Assembly (NCBI GenBank): GCA_000165425.1
Contig: CT868540.1
Coordinates: 1 to 64,000, forward strand
DNA: 64,000 bases
Source: Paramecium tetraurelia
Lineage: Eukaryota
Reading direction: 5' to 3'
The notes beneath the pieces are model-generated. The model was not told where the DNA came from, did not search any database, and was given only the letters and a program-made list of their open reading frames with translations. The position numbers and the translations under genes are program-made. Each line of letters opens with the position of its first letter. Positions within the stretch are counted from its first letter, which is position 1. Below, one piece after another: positions 12,610 through 27,228 of this stretch.

Positions 12610-15600
12610 ATGCGTAAAATGAATCTTAATTAACACCAATTGAGGATGATTAAAATATACTGTTGGAGCAAAATAAGTATGAATCAAGCGCAAATAATTA
12701 GAGTTCCTTAAATAGAGAAATCCTTTTTTATCAATCAGATTGAATATAAATATTAAGGACCTGATCATCCATAAATTGCAGAATTATTAGAATTACTCGA
12801 TGAAAAGCAAAGAAAACCCCTATCCAATTAGACTTTAGAAAGCTTTAGACAGAAAATACTCTATTATGAATAATAGTTCAATAAAAATTGCTCATTTTTA
12901 GATAATATGTTTTAGATATCATTCTACCATATTCTGACGATTATTGTTTATATGAGCATATATTTTACATATTTAGCTAGTGTGATTGTATGACTTAGTT
13001 TAACTATCATTAGTCTTTGAAATCGGATGATATGATCGTTAAGAATTCAACTAAATTAAATATTGTTTAATAACTACCTGAATTTGGTATAATGATTACA
13101 AGTTTCACATTAGCGTAAATTAATTGAGTATATCGATAGGATAATAATAATAAAGAATTAGATAATCCTACTATTATTGTTTATTTTTGGATGCTTATTC
13201 CCAGGATTCTATTTATTCTATGTATATCTAGATGTATTCAATGTAAATAATAGTGCAGTTGATTATGATATGGTTTTATTTTTAAGTGCATTTATAATTT
13301 CTATTTTGAATGGCATTGTTGTTTCTGTGCTTCAACAGTTAGTGGAAAGTATGTACAATTAATTGATGGGTGCAATATTCTCAAGTGGATGGTGCTTATT
13401 TATCATCTACTTGTTAGGGTTTTTAATATTTACATATGTTATTGGCTTGGATGTGATAACAGCTGAGAAAGTGATCAACTACATCATAAATTCCTTATAC
13501 ATTCCCATATTTGTGTCGATATCCTTCTCTTATTTTATGATAAATACGAGATTGTTTGACTGGCCAGCAGGCATTATCAAAACCGCTTTGGATAGGGTAA
13601 AAGTTAAAATATTGAAATAACAAATTTAAAAGGAAGAATAATAATAGTCCTAAAAAATAGTTTAGATAAGTGCTTTTATTTCTAGGTTGGTCATATATTC
13701 TATTGGGGCAGTATACATAACTATGGAGATTATATTTTACATTTTGTTGGCTTCTGAATTGAAATAATCACAAGTGGATTACACAGCCATAATTACTTTG
13801 TCTTTAGAATTGATAATAATTCCTTTGTATTTATTTTTGGGAGTCTTCATATCAGTAAGCGATAGGAAACCATAGTACACATATTTAGTGGTACCTTTGG
13901 TAATAGGAGCTCCAATAATATTTGGATTTTTGAAATTGAGTGATTATCTGGAATACGAAAAGGACATCACTAACTTCACTGAAATTTTGTATTATTGTCC
14001 ATTGTTTGTGAATATTCTATGGTTATCTTTAACATTGATGGGTTTAGATAAAAGGAGATTGTTCATAAATTCATTAGGGTTTGTCTGTTTTTTCATAGCA
14101 ATTCCTATTGGAGTATTCTTACCTCTTTACAATCTTTATCAATACTCGTCTTTGTAGATAATTGCATACGTTTTCATTGTAATAGGGATGATAGTGCTAT
14201 TATTAGTATTATTATATTTTTTCTTCCAATCCCTCAAAGCTTTAAAAAGAGCCAAGGAATTAGCTGACCAGATAATTCCAACTTTTGATGAATTCAAGTA
14301 CTACAATCTAACTGATTTAGCATTTTGCATAAATTCAGTTTGTTTTTTGTTGTCCTACTTTATTATAAGTTATTTCTTTTGGTATATATTTGATCAAAAT
14401 AACACAGCAACAGTCACAGAAGGTGCAACTATGTTTGCTATAATGGTCATTACACCTCTGTTGTTTGTGCTTATTAATATAGCCCTTGGACATCGATCAT
14501 TAGAATTAACATATGAATTTGCTTAAGACATAAAGGAATTATAAAAATTAGAACAATAAAAGAATAGAAAGAGAATTTAAAAACGATTTTATTAAAATAC
14601 AGCTGTTTGTTGTGGAATTTTGGTACCATTGTTTTTGTTCATTCCAGTATCTTTATTAATATCAGATGAGAGAGCATCTATATTATTTGAAGCATTGTCA
14701 ATTGGTGTTCCAGTGTGTTTTCTGATTTACAAATTCCTTGTGACAATTAAAAATCAATCAATTTCATTTGAGGATTTCTTTTAACCTTTTGTCAGTTCAT
14801 TATTGTGGTGTTGTGTTATTTTCCCATTTGGAGTGATAGTGCCTACAATGGCAGTGTTTTTTAATAATGCAGACTCGACATTCTAATACTTCGCATAGGG
14901 AGCTGTTGGATTAGGGTTATTTGTATGTATGATTGGAGTGACAGGGACATCATTGTTTTTGTCATTGTTATTGAATAGAGAGGAATTCGAAAGGAAGAAA
15001 AGGGAAATTTTGAAAAAAGTATTGGAGATGCTAAAAGAGAACCATGTACTTAGTGATTTAAGTGTAGTTGGAATTCTGTATATGAAATATTTAAATAAGT
15101 TACAGATCATTTATACAAAATTAAATGCTATAAAGAATAAGGGTTAAAAAAAGAAATAGAAGTAGGAGGATTTTAGAGAATTGAAGTAGATCTTGACAGA
15201 AAATCTGATATAAGGAGAACCCATAAATGTAATCAAATATGATGGACCTGAGTTAGAGTATGATCACAAATTGGTAAGTAAAAATGTATATCAAGAATAT
15301 CTTACTCTATTGGAATAGGAATTGCTGGATAAATAGAAGAATATTGTTAAAGAATAGGAATTAACAGGTTGTAAAAAGTATTTAATGGACTGTTTGTGTT
15401 GTAGGTGTGGTCTAGAAGAAATGAATTAATTAGAGAACCAAAAAAACGTTGAGATTATAAAACTTAGAGATATCTTAAACATGGATGATGATGCTGGATA
15501 AATAATGAATGATTTGATTCCTCAGTTCAGTTCTTTCTATAGGATTGCTGATGAAGGTGATACACTTTTAAGGAAGATAGAGTGTCAACCTGAAGATAAA

Positions 15601-17816
15601 CAGATCCTTTACAAATAGAAGTACAAGCCAGTCTAAGAAATAAAGAGTGAAAAAACTGATAGTCTAAATTAAATTTAAATTAAGAAATTGAATGATAAAG
15701 CATTAGGGAATATCAAATCATCGGACTAGTACTTTTCATTATAATCATCAGATCAAATGATTGCAGAATTCATGCATGAAGTATTCATGGAATTTGCTAA
15801 TAATGAATAAGGTTTAGAACCCTCAATTTGTTTTGCTGACTTACAGTAATTCTGTAGATTGACTGAATTGCATTTCGATTTAATTGATTATGAAAAATAT
15901 GCCAAGACCATCTGGATCAATTAGACCTATAGTTTAAATGAAGTATAATTTGCTGGGTTGATCAAAGGAATGATAAAAGATTATGATGGAGATCAATTTG
16001 ACAATCTGAAATAGTTGGTGCTTGATCACATATATCCATAACTCATAACCTCGATGAAATCTTTAATGATAAATTTCAAATACTCAAATAAGAAAGTATT
16101 ATAAACTAATAAACTCAGAATTAACCCATTCGAAAGATAGAATTTCATCTCAAATGTTGTCTAAGCAGAATTCTCGAAATTCGATGCAATCAAGATTAAG
16201 TAAGCATACCAAGATGAAATCAGTAATTAATCTAGGATCTATTAAAATAATACTGAAAGCAAAGTTGCAAAGCTATCCAAAAAATAAAAAGAACAGTAAT
16301 ATAATTAAAACAAATATTAAATTGAATAAGACTATGCAATCAAATTACCATGCTATAAGAGATGTTGTTATTCATGCAGTGACTGGTTTAGAGTGAATCT
16401 CATTGAGAAATACTTTCCTAATTTAGCTGCTGCACAACCAAAACCAAAAGGAGACAAAACTGCTATTCTTGATCAAAAAAGATAAAGAATGCCTGATTGG
16501 AAACTAGTTGCAAAATTGACTATTGATACTTTATTTGAAGCAACTGAAGAATATGAAAATAACCTAGCTAATTAATAGTAGAAATCAATTGAATTCAAAC
16601 TTACCTCCAGTAATATACTTGCTTTGATTTTTAAACTCTATGATATGTATAGTCTAGCAAGTGTAGCTTACAACCCTTAAGTAGGGTGGTTTGGGAGTAC
16701 TTCCATCTCTGGATCAGATACAATCAGTGGATCAGCATTCTATGACAGTTATGACTTCTTTTTCTATTTCTCCTTAGGAATAGCCATACTGTATGGACTG
16801 TTAGGATCCCTGAGTTTGAATGCTGTGCAAAGGAATACCTTTGGATAAGATGAAAATGGTAATTTGGCAAGATTCCCTCATATTCAATTCATTCTCCCTA
16901 GAGTTATCTCAATTTTGAGTGGTTTCTTCATGACTGTGATGAGAACATTCATGGATGCCTACATTTGTGATTATGGTGATTTGCCATATAAATTCGCTAG
17001 AAACACATCTATTGAATGTCTGTCAACCAACCATTACATCTATATGGGTTTTGGATTGATCGGAGTAGGAATCTACTATCCTCTATCTACCTATTTACAA
17101 CCTACTTTTTAATTCAGTGATCACTCATTAGATTTGAAGTATAAATCCACCTACATAATAATATATGTCTAAGCAAAACTATTGATTATGGGTTTAAGTT
17201 CCTTTTTCAATACTTTTGATAGTTCATTTGAATATTAGATGCTATTCTCAATTGGAATCTTAGTAATTGTACTTGGCTTTCACTTCAAAATGGAGCCTTG
17301 CTTTGTTAAATGGTACAATTTAATAGAACAAATGCTAATCTTAATTATCATCTTTATTTATACAGGCGCTGTGATTATAATGATGACTGGCAACAACATT
17401 ATTGGTATCATATTTACTGTTGTTGCCATTCTAATAGGTTTTCTCGCCATTGCATTCTATATCAAAATATCGGTCTATCGTACTTTAAACACTTCTAGAG
17501 TCACACCACAAGATAATCTTTAAAGTATGAATTCAAATTAATCTTAGTGATTGAAACAAGACCAATTCCAGAAGAAAGCAGACTCAATATATATGATTTG
17601 ATTGCAGAATCTTAATTTGCTTAATAATCATAAAAGAAAACCAAAAAAAAGAAAACTAATTAAACTCCTGATAAAGAACAATACCCGAACTTTGATATGA
17701 CAGCTGGAGGCAATAATTAGAGTAGTAATTCATAGGAGCTAATCAAGATCAAAGAAGAAATTAATATGGAACCTATTTCAGTTAATAAATCTATTTTATC
17801 AAAATTAAGATTATGA
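12610..17816 (+). CDS. Very large multi-pass membrane protein of unknown function (~1700 aa)
   Basis: Near-continuous code-6 frame joining the hydrophobic ORF fragments 13177-14526 and 16864-17523; introns near 12987, 13115 and 17525-17547; start codon uncertain (12610/12619/12646). Confidence 0.8.
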
Positions 17817-17957
17817 ATTTGATAATATAAGTTATTATATATAAGTTAATTTAGATTTAAATATAGATATAGACTCACTTAATTTGAAATATTAATAAAG
17901 TAATAATACTAACAGATAAAATAGGAAAATTTGAGAAAGTTAGTTAATTTATAAACA

Positions 17958-19254
17958 TCAAATTATTGACATTCTTGCTTTACCTTTGTTCCATCTGACG
18001 AGTTTTCCATCAGACCATTCTCCTTCTTTTTCGATTCCATTGTATCCTAAATAAATACCAATACCATGTTATTTATTATTCAACCATTCTCCTTTATACA
18101 GCTAAAAATAAAAGATATATATTATTACTCTACCATCAGGCCATTCAAATTACCCCATTCCCTCTTTAATTCCATTATTGTATTGTCCTTCGTATTTCCT
18201 CCCATCCGGCCATTTAAATTACTAGATATCATATGTATATTGTACTCCATGTCCATGCATACAATTATTCTTCCAACATCCTTCATAGACTCTACCATCT
18301 TCCCATTTTAATTATCCTATTCCTTCAAGATTGCCATCGATGAGTTATCCAGTGTATACTGATCCATCAGACCACTTAAACACTCCTTAGCCATTTTTGA
18401 GTCCATTTTTATATTCTCCATCAAAAGAAGTGCCATCATGCCATATTTCCATTCCATGACCATTTTAAACATTATTTTCCCATTGTCCTACGTATTTTAA
18501 TCCGTCGACACTGTAATATATCCCCTAGAGATGTATGATTTATTTACTTCACCAGAAGCTTTGTCATTCTTAAATTCTCCTTCATAAATGTTCCCATCAC
18601 TATGAACCAATCTACCACGACCATCAAACATGTTGAATGCCCAATATCCTTCGTAGAATGTTCCATTTAACCAATATTACTTTCCGCATCCGTGTCTATG
18701 ACTGAATAAATAGTTTGCTTACCCATTCTTCCACTGTCCATGGTAAATGCAACCATCATCAAGTTAATATATTGGAAAATTAAATTTATTATCTTCTTCA
18801 CTGTCATATTAAAAAGTTGTATATAATTACAGAATCTTTCAATTAAAATAAAATGTCATATTACCTTGTTTACTCTATTGCTTAAATACTCGGGTACTTT
18901 TGGTAATTTCTTCACCCTATATACTTGTTGGTGTTGATTTTTAGGCATAGGAGTGAATTTGGTGTCTTGGAAGTGTGAAGGGTCCTTGAAACTTAACTCA
19001 TTAGAATAGTGGTTTTATTCTTTTTTGACCATTTTCTATTTTCGCAACTTCTGAATAAGACTCTAATATCTTTTCCTCACTAGAAATCCTCTAGCACATG
19101 CTAAGGAATAACTCGCAATCCTACCTTAAATGAATTGAATTTGTTTATGATATTTAAGATCGTACTCAGAAATGATAGTATTTTGTATTTATGTTTATAA
19201 GATGATCTGACAATTCTTCTCCTGTCCTTAAGAACTGGTGCAGCATGATCCCAT
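17958..19254 (-). CDS. MORN-repeat protein with N-terminal acylation motif and IQ-like motif
   Basis: MGSCC start; ACARGFLVRKRY; repeated Y.G.W..G..HG.G units; short introns. Confidence 0.9.
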
Positions 19255-19423
19255 TTAAGTTCTGACTTTCAAAAATAATTTATATATATAAATATATATT
19301 CATCAAGTATTAGTGAAATATCATAGCATCCGCAATCCTTTTCATTGATATCCTTCCAATTCCATTCTCCTTAAGGTATGATTAAATATCAAAGAAAATT
19401 GAATAATTAAATTAATATAATAA

Positions 19424-20208
19424 ATGAAAAAGCAATTGCCTAAGAGTACTTCCTAAACAGCCATTCCAAAACCAGAGAAATCTCAAACTATCAAAACTCC
19501 AGAACGACATGGCATTCCCAGAAATGTTAACTACTATAGCCATTTTTTAGGTGAACCCTACATCACTGAAAAAGATATTGAATTTGTGCTCTAATTGAGA
19601 AATATTGATCATGTAGATTCTCTATCTTGACTTTAGGCAGAAATGACAGCCAAATTGGCAAGAATTCCCAATCAAACCTTCTCAAGAGGCGATCAAAAGA
19701 TAGAGTCCTAAAAGGACAAACACCTTTCTAGGGATGTGAAGTATAATGGCAATTCTACTCCCGTCCTTCACCTTCTTAAAGGTAGAATTGGTCCCACTCC
19801 TCATCTCAGTTAAGCAGAGTTTGAAACCGGTTTAAGATCTTACGCTAAAACTGATTAAAGTCTTCTTGATAAAGAACGTAATTGGACTACCGTCCCAAAA
19901 ACGTAACGTAAAGATGCTTTCCCAGAATTCCTGCCAAATTATAAGGAGGAGATCTAGAAAAAGAAATCAATGAGCATGAGTGGAGGGAAACTTGCTAAAC
20001 TAACCTATAATGGTAATCATTTAATTTCATTATGTAAGCTTTTGATTCTGATTCAAATTACCCTTCTTATTAGATGAAATTTCATGAAAAAAATCTACAA
20101 AATGTTAAACATATGTTTGTACCTGCAATCAAGATGTCGACTGTCTAATGGTAAGAGGGACTTAGACCTCTTGAACCCATAAAAAAAGAAAAAAAGCAAA
20201 AAAAATGA
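19424..20208 (+). CDS. Hypothetical basic protein
   Basis: MKKQLPKSTS...; open frame with GT..AG introns near 19613 and 20012; ends in a lysine-rich tail and TGA. Confidence 0.7.
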
Positions 20209-21071
20209 TTCTGAATCTATGATAATTAAATGTAGTCATATGATTAAATGTCTATGATATTTTTCTAATCTATAAAGATTTAGTCATTTGATTGTTTTGC
20301 AGTTTCAGCCATTTTAGATATATATATTTATAATTGAAAGAAATCAAAGATATTGTAAAACATTATCATATACAACTATTCTGAGAATTCTATTTCAGAT
20401 TCTGAATGAAATATGAGACTAAATTTATGCCTTTGAATATCATTTTTAAATCCTTATGAAATTATCACTTCGTTTGCTAATAGTTATTTTCTCAAAATAA
20501 AACAACATCTTATTATTTCAAAATTAGAAAGATTAATTCATAGTAACATAATGTATTGTAATAAAGTATCGAACTATTTCATAAAAGAACATTGGATACA
20601 TTTTATTCGATGTTCTACATCCATTTAATAAATATTGTATCTGCAATAAATTCGTATAACTAATTGTTAAAATTTCCGAGCTCTTCAACAACAGACAATT
20701 TGTAAATTTATTATCAATAAGAAGAAGATATTGAAATCATAACGATACATATTATTTATGTATTTTTATAACTTCATTATTAATTTGATATTGAAATATG
20801 TGCCCTGAGGGTTGAACATATAAGTACTCAATTGTGTAATTATAAGTATAATTATTCAAAAATAGAACTATAAATTGATGACTGAAATGAATTATCTATT
20901 CTAATAATTTCAATTATCACAAAACCTGTTACAGTTTAAATCCTAATCAAATAACTCTTATAATTTTACTTAGCTAAAGGAGAACATCATATCTGCAGAT
21001 CCTGAAAATGCAATCGTGTAATTATAGCTATAAATCTATAGAAACTGAATTGATACTATAATTAAATATTT

Positions 21072-22327
21072 ATGGGTAATTGTTGTCCGAAGGGTGATGC
21101 ACATTCAGAGAAAAGCTCAATTGCCAACATTATAAGCGAGGAAGCTGAGTTGACAAAACTAAAAGCTACCCAACCTATGCAATCAAGCCAAAACTTAGTT
21201 ACAAGTAGCAATGCATTGACAGTACCAAAATCAAAAGGGCAGATAAATAGGGAGGATTTCGTAAAAATTGATAAACTAGGATATGTAATATAAAAATGGT
21301 ATCATAAGGGCGCATTTGGAATAGTGTTTAAAGTGAGATAAAAAACGACAAATAAAATATATGCAATGAAATAGATAGAGAAGGAGAAGATATTCAAAAA
21401 CAAGTTACAAAACAATACAGTTTTAGAGAGAAATGTATTAAAGCAGAGCAAGCACCCTTTTATTGTTCGATTAAAATATGCATTTCAAACAAATTCCCAT
21501 ATTTATTTTGTAATGGAAAACATAGCAGGTGGAGAATTCTACAAGATATTGAGTCAGGTGAAAACAGGATTGCCAGAAAACGTAGTGAAATTTGTGGGTG
21601 CAGAGGTAGTGTTGGCTCTTGAATACTTAAATACAAAATTAAAAGTTATCTACAGAGATTTAAAACCAGAAAACTTGTTGCTGACAACTACTGGGCATGT
21701 AAAATTGACAGATTTTGGATTAGCTACCATGAGAAGGGAAAATGGAGAGAAATCATATACTGTAAATAAATAAATATTAAATCATTGTAAAGGTTGCTGG
21801 AACTGCAGAATATCTTGCCCCAGAAATAGTGAATAAATCAGGACATTCGTATGAAGTAGACATTTGGACTTTGGGAATTTTAATTTATGAGATGATTAAC
21901 GGTTTCACTCCTTTTCGAGATTCGAATAATGATTTCAAAGTAATCTCACAGAAAATTATTGAAAACCAACCCATATATCCAGAAAAGATGTCTCCACAAA
22001 GTGTGGACCTGATAAAATAGATCTTGTAAACCAATCCATCTGAGAGGTTAGGAGTGAAGGTACAAAACCTATATTTATTATTAGGGAGATGGATATGCTG
22101 AATTAAAAAGACACTCATTCTTTAATGGTATTATATGGGATTAGATGTCGAATTTGAAAGTGACTTCGCCTTTGAAGACCTTTGCTGAGAGAAATACCCA
22201 GAAAATGAATTTGATTAGTAAACAACCTTAGAATTTTCAAAACACTCCTTGTAATCCCTAGAGTCCTAAACTTAAAATTGATGGAATCACTTTTGATGGA
22301 GAAGGTACCTTATCTTCACATTTTTGA
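21072..22327 (+). CDS. AGC-family Ser/Thr kinase (S6K/PKB/SGK-like) with MGNCC acylation motif
   Basis: GAFG, YAMK, HPFIVRLKYAFQT, YRDLKPEN, DFG, GTAEYLAPE, DIWTLG. Confidence 0.95.
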
Positions 22328-22368
22328 AATTATTATTAAATAATGACTTGAACAGCATTCAAAAATGA

Positions 22369-22793
22369 TCAATCATCATCTTCAATAGGATAACCTCTAA
22401 TCTTGCTCATAGGAACGAATATTTAATTTTTCCATCCATCTTCCAACTTAACCTTATCAACATCATTAGGGAAATTGGTTTATATGATTTTCAATTCACA
22501 ACTATCTTCCCTCTCTATCAATCTGAGGGTAACATTTGAATGATGTTTCCAATTGTTGAATTTCCATGTCATCTATATTTCTTGATTTTCAACCTATTTA
22601 TCTAATCTAATCATACTAATTTATTGAACACGCCCTCAATACGTCCTTCCATTATTTTATATAATCCTCCTTCTTTTGGTTCAACAACAGCAGGTGCTCT
22701 TGTGTATTGCATAATCTCAAATGGATCAAGAAGAGCTTAATAAATGACCTTAGATGGTACTCCCCAAACAATAGAAAATTCCAATTTGTCCAT
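22369..22793 (-). CDS. Stand-alone AHSA1/START-like domain protein (Aha1 C-terminal-like)
   Basis: VIYQALLDPFEIMQYTRAPAVVEPKEGG...MTWKFNNW...DGWKNQIFVPM. Confidence 0.8.
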
Positions 22794-23726
22794 ATATTAA
22801 AATTAATTCTTTTTACACATAATTCTTCATAAATATTATGTTTAGGACTGTTCCAGAAATGTGTTAAACATAAATCATTTAATTAAACTATTCCAAATAC
22901 AATTCTATCAATTACATCTAAGAACAAATGTATAATCGACAAAAGTAGTAGTATTCTGTTGATTTTATTTAACCAAATCTCTGATTATATTATAATGTAT
23001 TCAAATTAAATAAATAAATTGAGTGATCTTTTGTATCTGAGCTAATCAAAAAGTAAAAAATGCTGTCCCAAAAGTTATGGAAATCCTAAAGAATTGAATT
23101 ATACTTTCTCCCACCTTAAATAAATAAAACAAAAGAATATCCGAATTCAATAGAATTTTTTGTACCCCATTCAAATATTTGGATTATTAACTGTGTCTAC
23201 ACCAATAAACTTCAAATTCACAATTATTGCAGAATCATAAATGGGAACTTGGATTACCACCAATTTTATGTTAGCTTTCTTAATAATTTGAATGATTTAT
23301 TTTTTACTTAAAATGACCATAATGTATGTCTTTATTAGTCATAAGACATATTTATTATTTATCTTTTCATCTTAATCTTTTGCTGTATTTCTCCATAATG
23401 CTTACTCACAAGTATACCAAATAATTTTAAGATCCTATTGCAACTATTTGATTATTCCAATCTATCAACCCTAAATCATCTCAACTTCAACAATTTAGAT
23501 GTTTTTGTTTTTACTCCTTATACCGTGTATCTAGAACTTAAACTGTATCAGATTGCTTTTCATATATTGTAATATTAAATTGATAAGAAAACTCTGCCAT
23601 AATTCAAACACACTGATTCTTATAATAATATTATTCTTTAAAGAATGTCCTTATTATTAAATGAATTTTTACTATTACATTCGATATTTATCAATTTATT
23701 TTTTCTGTCATTTAATTTCTCTAATA

Positions 23727-24864
23727 ATGATTATACGAAGAAGGATACATAGTTATCAATTACCTCGAATTCACAAAATTAATCGATCAAACACTTCCGA
23801 ACAACATAATTCAATCAAAATTAGTAAAAGTTCTTCCATCTAACTCAACAAAAGATCACTATTGTTGTTATCATTCTTTTAGGACCCAAAATATGGAAAT
23901 CTCACTTCTCTATTAAATATTCCCGTATTTTTACTATGATTAAGTAGGATGATGCAGAGTCAACTGATATTAGGATTAACATTCAATCAGAGATTTTGGC
24001 CATAATTCTAAGTTATTTAATCAAACATGATTTAACTGTTTCCTTGCTCTACAGTTACAAGTTTAGATTTATCAAAACGATTACTACACATCACTAAATG
24101 TGGATGAAATGCATTCAGCAAAACGAAATACCATGCTAGAAATTATAATAAGTTTAGTTCTCTTTAGATTAAATTACATCCAATATAATACATAAGTATG
24201 TTTACATCAATCATTTTATAGCCACATCGACACTACCGTACTTAGAATTCAGTTACTTGAGTATCTTAGATTGAAATAGAATCAACAAACCTTTACAATA
24301 TACTCCAAAATAATTATCAACAAAATACTATCTCTTTTACTAACTCCTAATTTAATTAGCTATCATTTATCAACCAATTCAGAAACTTATACTCTTGTCT
24401 TAGATATGGATGAAACCTTAATTTATTATGATGGTGACAAGGTTCATTAGCGTCCATTCTTATTAACCTTTTTAAAATAAATGAGTAGACTATACCAATT
24501 GATTTTGTTTACTGCAGGGTTAGAATCATATGCTAATAGAATCTTAAGTCAAATTACTATTAAAAAATACTTTACTCATCTTCTTTTTAGATAGCATACC
24601 AATATTTATTAAGATTTCTATGGCAAAGATCTCAGGAAATTAGGAAGACTCTTATCAAGGACAATTATTATTGATAATACTCCTGAATGTTTTAGTTTGC
24701 AACCAGAAAATGGAATACAAATTTAGACATGGAAAGGAGAACAATCGGATTCAATACTCTTAAACTTAATTCCTATCTTGAAAGCCTTGAGATTTAGCAA
24801 CAAAGATGTCAGAATGAAATTAAGAGAATATAAAAATTGTCCTGGTTTGATATTCCCTAAATGA
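23727..24864 (+). CDS. CTD small phosphatase-like (NIF) protein
   Basis: [46 protein letters not shown]. Confidence 0.9.
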
Positions 24865-25386
24865 AATATTATAAATCATAAGTTATGTTGTCAATAAACT
24901 AAATTTCAAATTATAAAATTATATTTAATACATTAGACTAAAAATGGAATAATAAATTATTTATTCAATATATAATAGATACATAGACAAATATTTTAAT
25001 GAAAATTTCTAATTTTGATTTGGTATTATATTTTGTGGTTTCAAGAATTCAAATTATTGATTTATTATTTTTATATTATGAACTTTTGTTGTTAACATTT
25101 ATTGATTATTTGTATGGCTGACAGAGAGAAATTTAAGGGAAATCACAAAAGAGTTTATTACGTATATATTGGGCATATTTTGAATTTATGAAATCTCATA
25201 AAATGTGAAGCTAAATTTAATTGATGATTCTCCAAATGGTCTTTAATTTTGTCTTTTTAATGTGCTGAAGGTTGAGCATATAGGAAAAGAATGCTTTTGA
25301 TAGTATTAGTAAATGAACCAATTATGACGATCTTGATTCTAATAATGTGAAATTTAATTAAATAAATAACAATTAGGAGTATTGAG

Positions 25387-26426
25387 ATGATAACTATAGT
25401 TCCGAATATAATAAAATCAGTTTTTCATGAAGGATAACTTTTCTTTACGGCCAAGGACGTTTTTGATAAGAAATCAAATGAACTAGCATAATTAATTTGT
25501 TAAGTGGGTCAATCTTTGGAACAAGTTGAATACTTTAATAATATACAGGAAGATTTATATACGAATGAACAGAAGCAACTGATAATGCAATGCAATGATC
25601 ATTTACACTAAAGTGAATCACTATTACAATCGTTGCCTTCCCATCTTACTTTGTAATTTATTTGTTTCTTATTTCTTTAAGAATAAACGGTTACTTTTAC
25701 AGTAAGAGCAACAATTATAAGGAACTGGTGTAGAGCATTGAAGAATTGGTTCGGATAAATAATCAACTACATGAATTGGAATTGTAATCATTAGAGATTC
25801 TAAAAACAGTAGTAATTCCGAACTTCTCACGGAAATAATCATTCCAGTGTACATAATTCTCATTATCATTAGAATCAATCTACGAAATACAAATTGTGTT
25901 AAAACTTAAAGCCCCTAAACTTGTTAAAGAAATATTTGATTAATACCCCAGACATCTGAAGAGTGAATACAAATTTAAAATACAGATGGAAGATGCTGAA
26001 TCTCATAAAAATGTGTTCCATTTTTAGAGAATGTAATTTCTAAAACTCTAATAAATGATGAAGGAAGTTAAAATATATACCTTATCTAAAAATAAGCACT
26101 GTAGTTTAGAAATCAGAAATTCCCTTCAATATTCGCATTCCACTAAAAATACTTTCATTCCTGACACAAAATTTATATCCTCTGAAATCATTTCAATGGA
26201 AAATTTATAATAAGATTAAGAAAATAAGTCCAATTTATTGAAATTGTTTTTGGTATAGAATGGTTAGAATGGGACTACAGTAATTCGGAACTAAAGGACT
26301 CCTATGCATGTGGGGATAGGTTAAGAGTGTGAATTGTTCGAGAAGGACCAGATAGTGATTTTGTAGGATTCCAATCAGGACCCATTAATTTCATATGTAG
26401 TTTAATTGATTATGATTAAATTATGA
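25387..26426 (+). CDS. Hypothetical protein with possible divergent C-terminal FHA-like domain
   Basis: Two-exon open frame (intron ~25653-25681); LSKNKHCSLEI...QNGQNGTTV...GQECELFEKDQIVI resembles the FHA pattern. Confidence 0.55.
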
Positions 26427-26521
26427 TGATTACTATTCATATCCTGAATCTAGACATCAATAGAACTTGTATATCTAAATAATAAAATAAAAAATATATT
26501 AATCAAAATATGCTTTAAAGA

Positions 26522-27228
26522 TCAGTGTATTAGTTATTATTTAGTCCGCCAGAATATTATTGTTATTGTTGTTGTGGTTATTGTATTTTATCTGTGACGG
26601 TTTGTTGCAAATAATCAGGAGTATTAGTAATATCATTAAAAATTGGTTATTATTGGAACATGAAGGATTGGTTGTTTTATTGAGGATTGACATACAATTG
26701 AACCATTTAACCCTCCCAATCAATATTGATTCTCGTAACTCTGGGCGCAGACGTATTGATTTGTCTATATACCCTATCAATGAGCACTTGAGGAGGATCA
26801 TTTTCGATTAATTCTGGTTCCAAGTAAGTGTTATAAACATAGTATCCAACCTAGTCACTTTAGAGACCAAAATAATTACTCTAAAGAATTCCTGCTTTCT
26901 ATACTTAACACTTAGGATGATTGCACTAGCGCCAAATAAATCATCTTTACTAGGAATCAGCTCAAAATTTGGACCAGAACTCATTAGAGTAAATTGCATA
27001 GTTCCTTATTGCAGAGGAGGCATGGAAAACTATTCAAGTACTTGATCATATTTATCGCTATTTGGGGATCCGATGTAAATAAGTCTAAGTTTCTATAATC
27101 TAATACTTCCATTCAATTTCCTCATCTAATTATCTCATCACGTCGAAAGTAATTTACATCTGAATTGGACTGTTAAACAGTGCTGTGTCTTAATCGAAAA
27201 CAATGTTGGTGATATTAATCAATGCCAT
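26522..27228 (-). CDS. ASF1: Histone H3/H4 chaperone Asf1
   Basis: MALINITNI...EIEWK, DQVLE, GASAIILSVKYRKQEFFRVGYYVYN, PRIIDWEG; Gln-rich tail. Confidence 0.93.

Noticed and set aside
20210..21070. Long open frames in intergenic DNA (also 12000-12370 and 22800-23700)
   Set aside because: With a single stop codon, long chance frames are expected; no recognisable protein features
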